Source of the DNA: a virus
Taxonomy: Duplodnaviria > Caudoviricetes
Virus record (IMG/VR): IMGVR_UViG_3300005805_006725
Span: 1-27,067 of that record
DNA length: 27,067 nt
Strand: one strand, 5' to 3'
The position numbers were made by a program, and so were the translations under genes. Every line of letters starts with the position of its first letter. Position 1 is the first letter of the stretch. Of the stretch, positions 1 to 8,155 are shown piece by piece. The notes below the pieces were generated by a model. The model searched no databases, had not been told where the DNA came from, and saw only the letters and a program-made list of their open reading frames with translations.

Positions 1-66
1 TTTTCAAACTATATAATTTTACTATATAATTATTTAGAGTTATAGTATGTGTTAGGATAAATTCAT

Positions 67-2280
67 TCATGACAATTGTGGTGCTCCATTTCCTGTGACG
101 GTAGCAGCTACACAAGATGGTATTGTGTTAGATCTTGTAGCATACGACCAATATGATGAATTAGCTCCGCCGCTCTTATAATAAGATGCTTTATACCATT
201 CGTCATCTGTTGGTAAGAAATATTGTGCTAAAATATTTTTATCCGGATATCCAGCACTACCATTTAATGTATATGCTCCATTTTCGGTTGTTGAGCTGGC
301 CTGTAAGCCAGATGGACGAGAATTATGTAGCCAATTACAATATCTAGCAGCATTGTACCATGATACAAAATTAACAGGTTTATTATTCATATTTGTTTTA
401 CATACATAGGAGAATGATCCAGCAGATCCTGAGCGAACAATACCTCCTCTAGAATCAGCTCCCATTAATGTATTATATACATTGTATGTATCTGTTTTGG
501 CTATACTATTCAAAAATAAAGCATATTGATTATTAGTAACTAAATTTTGCATCATCAGATACGCGTAAGGAACATGTCCGTATCCCGTAAAGTCTGCTGA
601 ATTACCCACATCCCCAATACTGATAAAAAACATGTCGGTATATTGAAAAGGATTTGATATAGCTAATACTCTAAAACCTATATTATTAGATGAATAATTA
701 AGCGCTTGTTGGCCGCGATATGACGAACTTAATGAATTACTAATATTAGTTAACCACGACCCGCCTCGTAATCCTTTGTATGTGCTGTTATCTATCAAAG
801 AGCTAGTTAACCATTCCCAAACATTACCATTCATATCATATATATTATAGGGAGATGATATTCCATTAGATCCTACTGTTGTTACGTTACCAACATCACC
901 TCCCCAAATAGCACAATTTTTGAAATTCGCTGTATTGCTCGTAGTTAATTGAGATCCAGAATCATAAAATGATGTAATTGTAGGAGTTGGTGTCACAGTA
1001 GAAGTGGTGGTGATGCTTGGAGTAATAGTACTTGTTATAGTATGGGATGGTGTTGGGGTTACTGTGGGTGTTGTTGTAGCGGTTGATGTTATACTAGGAG
1101 TAACAGTCATGGTTGATGTTACTGTTGGCGTAGGAGTAGCAGTTTGATTAGGTGTTGGAGTTACCGTAGAAGTGGCGGTAATAGTTGGTGTAGGAGTAGC
1201 GCTGGAGTGCGGCGTGGCTGTGGTTGTTGACGTAAGAGTAGGTGTTATTGTTTGACTTGGGGTGATACTAATTGTTGGCGTTATACTTTTTGTTGGAGTA
1301 GGAGTGACTATCGGAGGATTGTGCTGAGACTTCATTCTATTAAATGGATATACTGTTAATGTCCATCTAACAACACCATTGTACAAATTGGATGAGATGG
1401 TGTTTAGCTCAGACGTGGTTGCTGCTGAGATATAAAACACATTTCTTTGATATCTATCATCATTCAATAATTGATCATAGTTTAATCTATTAATATTAAC
1501 AGACCCATTTGGCAATAAAGAAAACACCTGATCTTTATTAACCATATCTATATCATACAAAAAAGACTGCATATCTTTTTGTAAAATTAGAGTATCAATT
1601 ATGGAATTACGATGAATAGGATTTTCTGTATAAACATGCAATAAAAGATCCTGACTAATAATATTAGATGTGTCTCCAAGTTGATACGGTTCTTGAAATG
1701 TTCTAGGAATAGTTTCAACTATTATGCACGGCATTTGCACCTTATGTTCTGCCATCAAAGACTGTCCGCCATTTTTATTCGCTATGGTCGGATCATAAGA
1801 CCATTTTTGTAATTCTTTGAACCATACACTTTCATTTGCTGTATAAGTTTGAATAAATCTGTAACTATAAGACATATTAACTTTTGAGAGTAATTTAACA
1901 GGTTTATTAAAAACTATTTGTCCATCTCTATAGTTAATATAATAGCCAATGTCAGACGTTCCGTCTGGTCCAGGAATAAAATCATTATTAATGTATACTC
2001 CCTGAACAGTTATTGGAAATCTATCTTCATGATTTATCTCATTTTCAAAAATCCAATCTTTTCTAGGAGCTTCCCATACCGTTCCAGAAGGACACGATGG
2101 ACTATATGCTGGCTTTAATGTGCTAAAGTCGCCTCCTGCAATTCCTTGTGTGGTTATCGTAACATCTATAAAACCTCCAATCTTTAGAAAGCTATAGTTT
2201 AAAAAATCTTTGATATTATGTTCCAGACTAGATATGACAGATTTTTGGCCAATGTGCGAAACATGCTGGAATTGACTCAT
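67..2280 (-). CDS. Virion protein: putative tail-terminator/neck-like N-terminal domain + Pro/Thr linker + circularly permuted FGE-sulfatase (SUMF1/EgtB/PvdO-like) domain
   Basis: 737-aa ORF, ATGA-coupled to the upstream gene. FGE motifs DMNGNVWEW, RGGSW, GFRV, VTNNQY, PVNFVSWYNAARYCNW and LPTDDEWYKA are present. The N-terminal role is inferred from its position after the neck genes. Confidence 0.75.
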   Translation of the reverse strand: MSQFQHVSHIGQKSVISSLEHNIKDFLNYSFLKIGGFIDVTITTQGIAGGDFSTLKPAYSPSCPSGTVWEAPRKDWIFENEINHEDRFPITVQGVYINNDFIPGPDGTSDIGYYINYRDGQIVFNKPVKLLSKVNMSYSYRFIQTYTANESVWFKELQKWSYDPTIANKNGGQSLMAEHKVQMPCIIVETIPRTFQEPYQLGDTSNIISQDLLLHVYTENPIHRNSIIDTLILQKDMQSFLYDIDMVNKDQVFSLLPNGSVNINRLNYDQLLNDDRYQRNVFYISAATTSELNTISSNLYNGVVRWTLTVYPFNRMKSQHNPPIVTPTPTKSITPTISITPSQTITPTLTSTTTATPHSSATPTPTITATSTVTPTPNQTATPTPTVTSTMTVTPSITSTATTTPTVTPTPSHTITSTITPSITTTSTVTPTPTITSFYDSGSQLTTSNTANFKNCAIWGGDVGNVTTVGSNGISSPYNIYDMNGNVWEWLTSSLIDNSTYKGLRGGSWLTNISNSLSSSYRGQQALNYSSNNIGFRVLAISNPFQYTDMFFISIGDVGNSADFTGYGHVPYAYLMMQNLVTNNQYALFLNSIAKTDTYNVYNTLMGADSRGGIVRSGSAGSFSYVCKTNMNNKPVNFVSWYNAARYCNWLHNSRPSGLQASSTTENGAYTLNGSAGYPDKNILAQYFLPTDDEWYKASYYKSGGANSSYWSYATRSNTIPSCVAATVTGNGAPQLS
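970..1318 (-). repeat. Mucin-like Thr/Pro/Ser low-complexity coding repeat (TPTPT/TPSIT units, ~115 aa)
   Basis: Translation VTPTPTKSITPTISITPSQTITPT...VTPTPTITSF; degenerate repeats at the DNA level. Confidence 0.9.
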
Positions 2281-2921
2281 ATGCTACTTTCAAAAGATTG
2301 TTGGATTGTTCTTAGTATATCCTTATCTACACGACTCAGTGCTCTTGTTGTCCAATTATCTGTAATAGTACCAGCATACTCTGGTGGCACTCTCCAATTA
2401 GATGAACTATTTATCATAATAGCATCACCACTACGAGATCTAGAATTTGATCCATATTTAACCTCATAGTTTCGAATAATAATACTATTGCCTTTCAATA
2501 AAAGCCATTCTAACCAAGGTAAGCTATATCCTCTAACAGTATCTACTACCAATGCTGATGTATCATTAAAAGCTCCACCAAAATCTTGACGATTAATAAT
2601 CTTTAATTGTAATCCTCCAGATAGACCAAAATTATTGACTACAATTTTTTCTTTCTCAATTAATATTGAATTAGCAATATTATCCACAGCTATATCCACT
2701 TTGCTAGTATCATCTATGCCAAATTCTGCTCTAAGAACTCCTGTTTTCAATGAGGAGTACTCAGGTTCATTTATAAGAGCTGTTTTTATAATACTAACAA
2801 CTGGGCTCCTAAGTTTTAAAATGCAGGCGTCTAAAGCGATATCTACCAATCTTTTTAGAGATTCTAGTATATTTGATCTAATATAAGTATCATTCTCTAC
2901 TAATGAAACACTATATTTCAT
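2277..2921 (-). CDS. Putative neck/tail-completion protein (HK97 gp10-like position)
   Basis: Start moved to MKYSVSL (ATGA overlap with the upstream stop at 2918-2921), 214 aa. Function from synteny only. Confidence 0.5.
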   Translation of the reverse strand: MKYSVSLVENDTYIRSNILESLKRLVDIALDACILKLRSPVVSIIKTALINEPEYSSLKTGVLRAEFGIDDTSKVDIAVDNIANSILIEKEKIVVNNFGLSGGLQLKIINRQDFGGAFNDTSALVVDTVRGYSLPWLEWLLLKGNSIIIRNYEVKYGSNSRSRSGDAIMINSSSNWRVPPEYAGTITDNWTTRALSRVDKDILRTIQQSFESSI

Positions 2922-3427
2922 TGTTTTTTCCAATTAACAAATAGATAGTTTAGATCACCTAAACCAACAGGGTTGATATCTCCTATTCTTTCATAAAAAA
3001 TATTTGGTATAGAAACAATAGACATCGCAGACGAATTGAGAATATCATTAGTGTGTTGTATAGAGCATATGGTTTGAATAGATACATCTGGAATATTAAC
3101 AACTTTATTATCAATATTTAAAAAATATTTACTATCAAATATAATAGCTAAAGTAATAGTCTTAGTTTTATTATTAAGTCTTTTAATACCAGCACCCATA
3201 CACTCTGGACAAATAGTGTTGTCAACAAACAGTCGTGGTCCAACGCCGTTATAAATATTAGCAGAAACTTTAGTTATAGGATCAAATAAACAATTATCGC
3301 AATAGTCTATACTACTATTCTGATAATGTAACAAGCACTGATTTGTTAATCCATGCTCAGACAATATTTCATCTATCATAGTCTTATAAATTTGCTTATG
3401 TTGTTGTGTAATAATTTTATTTTTCAT
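2918..3427 (-). CDS. Putative head-closure/neck protein with Zn-binding CxxC...CxxC
   Basis: 169 aa with CDNC and CPEC motifs; lies downstream of the head-tail adaptor. Confidence 0.5.
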   Translation of the reverse strand: MKNKIITQQHKQIYKTMIDEILSEHGLTNQCLLHYQNSSIDYCDNCLFDPITKVSANIYNGVGPRLFVDNTICPECMGAGIKRLNNKTKTITLAIIFDSKYFLNIDNKVVNIPDVSIQTICSIQHTNDILNSSAMSIVSIPNIFYERIGDINPVGLGDLNYLFVNWKKQ

Positions 3428-3633
3428 GTACGATATAGTCTAATGTGTGGTACAGGATCGCCAGCTATTGTTATTTTTTCAGTTGTGGACGTTGAACTGA
3501 TAACAGATGACGGTAATTTGTATAATTGCACTTTATTTTTATTAGATTCTCCACCTATTATCACAGACTCTAGTTTGATCGCGGAAGCCAATATTTTATA
3601 TTGACCATCATAAATATTAGAAATAACTTTCAT
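3424..3633 (-). CDS. Small hypothetical protein
   Basis: Likely start MKVISNIY at 3633, 5 nt after the upstream stop; ATGA-coupled to the next gene; 69 aa. Confidence 0.6.
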   Translation of the reverse strand: MKVISNIYDGQYKILASAIKLESVIIGGESNKNKVQLYKLPSSVISSTSTTEKITIAGDPVPHIRLYRT

Positions 3634-3638
3634 AATAA

Positions 3639-5102
3639 TTATTCCGATAAAAATCCAATAGGAGGATACGTTACTATTAGACTCCATCCATCAATTGTGC
3701 CACTAGAACCAGGATCGTGATCCTGAATCATGAGTCTCCAATCGCCAGAAGCGGACATTCCATTTACAACACTCAGATCAGCCATAATCTCTGCTTCTGG
3801 GATGGTAAAATTACTTAAATTATAAATGTGTGTTTTATCATGGATATTGACATATAAATCATTATTAGATCTATTATATAAATAAGTATTTTGTCTTGCT
3901 TTATTAGAGAATGTAAAATTTAATCCATTGGTAGAGTCATAGTTATTAATTTTACTATATGCAGACAATAGTATGTTATGTCCACCAGGCGACACCAAGA
4001 ATATTGCTAGGTCTTGAGGGTTGTTATGTTTTAAGTTATTGATTGTAACTTCCAAATTATTAATTAATCCAGTATCTGATATATTCATCGTATATGTCTG
4101 AGTATTATCATTATCATCTTGTATAGTAACTCCTTTATTAATCCAAGTAATTACATCCCCACTTACTGCGCTATTAATATTTCTGCCCAGTGTACCAAGA
4201 TTGGTTATCATAAAAGTTTTATTGTTGTTAGCAACAAACTGTGTTGGGGCCCTAAGTCCTGTACCATTAATATATATATCTAAATTTCCACTTACATAAT
4301 ATATATCATTAGGTAAACTAAAAATAGATTGATTAGAAGTAATATTAAAATTACCTGAAGTTTGATTAGAATAAACTAAGTTTTCAGAATATTTATACAT
4401 TTTGCCAAATAAATCTAATCCTTGACATAGATAGTCGCATAGATCTTCTTGATTCAAATTAACAGGATTATTGCCTGATGGCAATGGATTAGTGCCGCTA
4501 GTTGAACCAGAAGTCGATGGAGTGGGTGTTGTATTAGCAACTCCTCTCGTTATAGTCAACAATGGATCATTAATATTAACAATCTGATTTCCTGTTACAG
4601 AAATGGCTGTAATAATTCCACTAAATGGAGCAAAAAATGTTATAGCGTTTTGTATTGTTCCTATTCCTTCAGATGACCAAGCATCGGAAATGCTTATTTG
4701 ATCGCAGTCATTGCAGGGAGAACCACTTATATTACCATCGCATTCCGGAAAATTAGTTTTAATAATATTTATTGTGCCCGTACATAATCTTGTATATTCT
4801 TCTGTAAGATTATTGACTATATATAGATCATAGTCTGCAGAATCAAAATTAAATGTTCTGGTTTCGTTAAAAGATAAGTACCACTCTATAATTCCGCTAC
4901 TATTTTTACGTAATCTATAGTTGTTACTAACAACATTACTACTATATTGACCAACTTTAGTTTTATCGGCACTATTTCTAAACTTTAGAATAATACAATA
5001 ATTAGTAAGATCTATAGGTACACTATTGTTATCCAGATATTCGAATGTAATAAAAAAATTGCTACCTTGTTCTATAATAAAATTATGATTGGCTGCTGGC
5101 AT
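3639..5102 (-). CDS. Multidomain virion protein: BppU-like adaptor N-terminus, biotinyl/lipoyl-like segment, C-terminal proprotein-convertase P domain
   Basis: N-terminus is paralogous to 21044..21448 (IEQGS/T...PIDL/ITN). Internal APFSGIITAISVTGNQIVNINDPLLTI. C-terminal LKHNNPQDLAIFLVSPGG...SGDWRLMIQDHDPGSSGTIDGWSL is typical of P domains. Confidence 0.7.
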   Translation of the reverse strand: MPAANHNFIIEQGSNFFITFEYLDNNSVPIDLTNYCIILKFRNSADKTKVGQYSSNVVSNNYRLRKNSSGIIEWYLSFNETRTFNFDSADYDLYIVNNLTEEYTRLCTGTINIIKTNFPECDGNISGSPCNDCDQISISDAWSSEGIGTIQNAITFFAPFSGIITAISVTGNQIVNINDPLLTITRGVANTTPTPSTSGSTSGTNPLPSGNNPVNLNQEDLCDYLCQGLDLFGKMYKYSENLVYSNQTSGNFNITSNQSIFSLPNDIYYVSGNLDIYINGTGLRAPTQFVANNNKTFMITNLGTLGRNINSAVSGDVITWINKGVTIQDDNDNTQTYTMNISDTGLINNLEVTINNLKHNNPQDLAIFLVSPGGHNILLSAYSKINNYDSTNGLNFTFSNKARQNTYLYNRSNNDLYVNIHDKTHIYNLSNFTIPEAEIMADLSVVNGMSASGDWRLMIQDHDPGSSGTIDGWSLIVTYPPIGFLSE

Positions 5103-5111
5103 AAAAAATTC

Positions 5112-5621
5112 CTAGTAAAGATTACGTCGTGATCGTATACTTTGTAATGATCTTGGATCAAAATTATTTCCTACAAATGGACTCAGTATAGCTTTGGCTG
5201 TTGTTGCTTGGGCCACATCCCAATGAGATACCAATTCATCGTATGCTGCACATGGGCCCATTTGTAATATCATCTTAATACCATCCAAGCTATTGTTAAC
5301 GCTTAATAATGCGGGCCCTAATGCTGCTCTAATTCCGTCTGTTGCTGCTTTGGTTCGTAATGTACTTTGATCAATAATACATGCTGATTTTAAACTAACT
5401 AAGCTAATAAAAATCTCATCTCTATCGTCTGTTGGATCAGGGCTGATGTTGACATTAGATACATCAATATTATATTGATGATTTAATACAACATCAAATT
5501 GCACATATTTTGCTGCTACAACTATGATCTGTTGCAGTCTTTCATCTGAGTATAAAGGTTCGACCTCTAGATCATTAATCAATGTACGAACTATAATTGG
5601 TATTTCTGTTTGCCAGCTCAT
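5112..5621 (-). CDS. Putative head-tail adaptor (head completion) protein
   Basis: Start MSWQTEIP at 5621 with AAGGA RBS; 169 aa. The VRTLINDL...YSDERLQQII N-terminal pattern resembles head-tail connector proteins. Confidence 0.6.
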   Translation of the reverse strand: MSWQTEIPIIVRTLINDLEVEPLYSDERLQQIIVVAAKYVQFDVVLNHQYNIDVSNVNISPDPTDDRDEIFISLVSLKSACIIDQSTLRTKAATDGIRAALGPALLSVNNSLDGIKMILQMGPCAAYDELVSHWDVAQATTAKAILSPFVGNNFDPRSLQSIRSRRNLY

Positions 5622-5655
5622 AAAGAGTCCTTTATCTTTAAAAGATATATACCTG

Positions 5656-5665
5656 TAAATACACC
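5656..5665 (-). promoter_or_regulatory. RGTGTA motif (putative late promoter), GGTGTATTTA
   Basis: 38 nt upstream of the 5621 start; one of 7-8 similarly placed copies. Confidence 0.55.
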
Positions 5666-5768
5666 TTTTAACCATAACCGTGACGAGCAAAATTGATAAT
5701 ATTTTTATTCAGCGTTGTGGAGCCTTTTGTGTTTGCATATCGATTATTCACATATATAATACATTTAT

Positions 5769-5842
5769 GCCATAGCTGACTATTTATTGGAGTTCTACAA
5801 AACCATGTAAGATCCAATAAATCTTTTGGCAGCTTATCGCGA
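5769..5842. repeat. Long imperfect inverted repeat / stem-loop
   Basis: Perfect 10-bp arms ATTTATTGGA (5782-5791) and TCCAATAAAT (5813-5822), extended outward by AGCTG/CAGCT pairing. Confidence 0.6.
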
Positions 5843-5920
5843 TGACGTCGAGGCAAACACGCCCGCAACGTGGCACCACGTATTCACAGTGGAGTTTAAT
5901 ACGTTAGTTCAAGGCCATAC

Positions 5921-6244
5921 TCAAGAAGAGTTGCTAAATTGACTGGTGCGGAGGTACTTGACCGCTTCTTCCCACGGGATTACCTCTACCGCAGCGTTCA
6001 GGACCGACTTGTCAGCCGCCTGCCACATATCGTGCAGCAAGCCGCCCGGCTGCACTTCAGTCAGCACATCAGCCGACAACATAAACCTGCCATCGGGGAG
6101 CGGAAGTGGCATCGGCACGCACTTCTGTGAGCCATGGATTGCGTGCAATTCCGCAAGCCGAACCGCAAGTTCCTCCGTAAACACAAGCGCGTATGTTTTT
6201 GCTTCTTCGTATGAGATCGGAAGGACGAGATCGCCAAGTGTCAT
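5921..6244 (-). CDS. Hypothetical phage protein
   Basis: 107 aa, ATGA-coupled to the upstream gene, inside the GC-rich cassette. Confidence 0.75.
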   Translation of the reverse strand: MTLGDLVLPISYEEAKTYALVFTEELAVRLAELHAIHGSQKCVPMPLPLPDGRFMLSADVLTEVQPGGLLHDMWQAADKSVLNAAVEVIPWEEAVKYLRTSQFSNSS

Positions 6245-7149
6245 GGGAGCGCCACCCGAATATCCGAAAATAGCCGCGAAACGTGCCGGTCTAGCACGGC
6301 TAAATCCAAGTATTCGCCTATTGAGTAGTACATTATGGGACTGCGACTGTAAAGGGCCGAATTCATAGCACTACCGTCGCGCATCCCAAACACTGTCATG
6401 TTCACGCTGGGCGCGGACGCAGCCGCTGTAAGGGGCGTGTTTATGCTGATACCTCCGCCTCTATTCTCCCAGTGAGTTGGCGCTTTTCTTGCGCAGCCCG
6501 CAAAGGCATATGCGCCGAGGTGAAAAAAGCCGCCCAACGCCTCGTTATCTGTTGCTGGCCCGGATGCGGTGGTCGCGGAGAGCCTGCCCGTTACGTTGCC
6601 GCCGACTCGTCTACTGCCGGTGCTGTTTCCTGCCGGTGACCGCCCACCGAGAAGCACTTGTCCAAGGAAGCCAGTGGGATTCAAAGCCAACTCTGGCGGC
6701 TGGCGGAAGAACACTGCTTGATGCTGATTTGTTACCGGATCAGCATTTACGTTGCGATTGGCCTCAAAGTATTTGTTTAGCCCGTTGCCTTTCAGCCCTT
6801 CCTTTCGTGAGTAATCGCCACTCACGAAGTTTACGTTTGTTGGTGCGACTCCGACCAACGGAGTAAGCGCTCCGGTAAGAGTACGAGCGCCCATCAGAAT
6901 GCACGACGATTTAATAGCGCCCCAAATGCCGTCCCGCTTGCATCTCACGACAAATTGTGTGATCGCTTGCGTTATCGCAGGCTCCAACGTCGAACCGTCA
7001 GCAAGTTGCACCCGCTTAATGTAGTTTTCGGCATCCGAGTCCACCCAAGGCTGCACATAGGAGGTAAATGGGAAGGGATTCCACGGCGATGATGCCAAAT
7101 CGCAAACACTTTGAGAGGAAAATCCTTGATCTAGCAGTCCGTTGTTCAT
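6241..7149 (-). CDS. Phage virion-associated protein, possibly lectin/LamG-like
   Basis: Start moved to MNNGLLDQ (ATGA overlap at 7146-7149), 302 aa. The motif DAENYIKRV..ADG..LE...CKRDGIWGAIKSSCILMGARTL.GAL.PL.G.APTN.NF resembles a family recurrent in freshwater phages. Confidence 0.65.
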   Translation of the reverse strand: MNNGLLDQGFSSQSVCDLASSPWNPFPFTSYVQPWVDSDAENYIKRVQLADGSTLEPAITQAITQFVVRCKRDGIWGAIKSSCILMGARTLTGALTPLVGVAPTNVNFVSGDYSRKEGLKGNGLNKYFEANRNVNADPVTNQHQAVFFRQPPELALNPTGFLGQVLLGGRSPAGNSTGSRRVGGNVTGRLSATTASGPATDNEALGGFFHLGAYAFAGCARKAPTHWENRGGGISINTPLTAAASAPSVNMTVFGMRDGSAMNSALYSRSPIMYYSIGEYLDLAVLDRHVSRLFSDIRVALP

Positions 7150-7544
7150 AGGTCGGCCCCAAAAGCCATCACCACGCCAGCGTTGACGGTATGCACTGTG
7201 GCGCGAAGCGACCAATTTGACCCCGGAAGCACAAGATTGGCGTACGATGTTGACACGCGCGTTTGCCTTACGCTCTGCGAGCCGGTGGCAATCACTATCG
7301 GAATCTCATCGAACAAATAATACGTTCCCGCCCCCGTGGAATCGTGAAGCCACAACCTCACCATAGTTGCCGCAGAAACGGTCGCTGTCATTTGGACAGT
7401 TACTTCGCCAATTCGCGTGCCTGCGGTAACTCCGGTAATAACCGTGACAACATTGGTGGGCGCGGTGTATGATGTATCGGCGGATGAAGACAAAGCTACG
7501 CTACCAATACGCGGAGTAGCAGCAAAACTGGGATTTAGAGCCAT
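7146..7544 (-). CDS. Small beta-rich virion structural protein
   Basis: 132 aa with AGGAG RBS; MALNPSFAATPRIG...GADL. Confidence 0.7.
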   Translation of the reverse strand: MALNPSFAATPRIGSVALSSSADTSYTAPTNVVTVITGVTAGTRIGEVTVQMTATVSAATMVRLWLHDSTGAGTYYLFDEIPIVIATGSQSVRQTRVSTSYANLVLPGSNWSLRATVHTVNAGVVMAFGADL

Positions 7545-7554
7545 AAAATTTCTC

Positions 7555-7779
7555 CTATCTAAAAGTTGACCATAGGTATAGATTACTACTATTTACAATG
7601 TTTGGTGGCAAAAGACCACTAACACTACTATCAAAGTCTGTTATATTTGAAGCTGTGTGAGTATGACCACTTATGCTTACTCCGGTTCCATTAACCTGTA
7701 ATGATGAAGTAAAATTACCACTATTAGCTGTCACAAGCCCGCTAGTGCTAACATCATTTGTACCATAATTAATTGGCAT
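7555..7779 (-). CDS. Mini fibre/connector protein with an HxH tail-repeat module
   Basis: 74 aa; VNGTGVSISGHTHTASNITDFDSSVSGLLP is shared with other genes in the window. Confidence 0.7.
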   Translation of the reverse strand: MPINYGTNDVSTSGLVTANSGNFTSSLQVNGTGVSISGHTHTASNITDFDSSVSGLLPPNIVNSSNLYLWSTFR

Positions 7780-7789
7780 AGTTTATCTC

Positions 7790-8131
7790 TTATTCAATTT
7801 CTTGTTCGGATTTTATAATTGTCACAGTTCCATCTTCATTCATAGTAAAAGTCCCTATCAAGCTGCTCGCATCTACAATAGTACTATTATCTATACTAGA
7901 TAGCAACTGGCCTAATTTATAATGTAGTTCAAAAATTTCTTTTGCATTAGTACCTAATTTGTCAGCAATCTCAATTGAACTAGCGCCCATACTATTATTC
8001 CAAAAAATTTCTGCTCCTTGATTAAAAGCATTTACCATTTCTTGGTATGTATGTTTAGTAATTTGTATCAGTTTTTGAGCAGCTACTTCTGCTGGGGACG
8101 GTTGGTTATTGTCGTTGTTTAATATACTCAT
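7790..8131 (-). CDS. Hypothetical protein (possible fibre chaperone)
   Basis: 113 aa with AGGAG RBS; helical and acidic; directly follows a fibre gene. Confidence 0.65.
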   Translation of the reverse strand: MSILNNDNNQPSPAEVAAQKLIQITKHTYQEMVNAFNQGAEIFWNNSMGASSIEIADKLGTNAKEIFELHYKLGQLLSSIDNSTIVDASSLIGTFTMNEDGTVTIIKSEQEIE

Positions 8132-8137
8132 TGTATC

Positions 8138-8155
8138 TCCTATACTATATTATGG
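8138..8155 (-). repeat. 18-bp exact direct repeat, copy 1 (CCATAATATAGTATAGGA)
   Basis: Identical to 16553-16570; spans the last codon, stop codon and downstream spacer. Confidence 0.85.

Larger units (their letters stand above)
5826..7520. mobile_element. High-GC, horizontally acquired three-gene cassette (no mobility gene)
   Basis: Spot counts of 60-nt lines give 43-65% GC inside versus 28-37% in the flanks; the transitions are sharp. Confidence 0.8.

Noticed and set aside
660-780. Diversity-generating retroelement variable region in the FGE domain (RGGSW...GFRV), with Mtd_N-like genes nearby
   Set aside because: No second copy differing at adenines (template repeat) and no reverse transcriptase in the window. 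A remote DGR elsewhere in the genome cannot be excluded.
970-1318. CRISPR or minisatellite array
   Set aside because: The repeats are degenerate Thr/Pro codons with no constant repeat-spacer structure.
5668-5868. 66-aa minus-strand ORF in the long spacer
   Set aside because: Non-ATG start, no RBS, crosses the GC boundary and the hairpin, and has no protein-like motif.
5860-5912. Integron attC-like site after the GC-rich cassette
   Set aside because: The CTAAC and GTT ends do not match the RYYYAAC/GTTRRRY consensus well, there is no second site, and no integrase.
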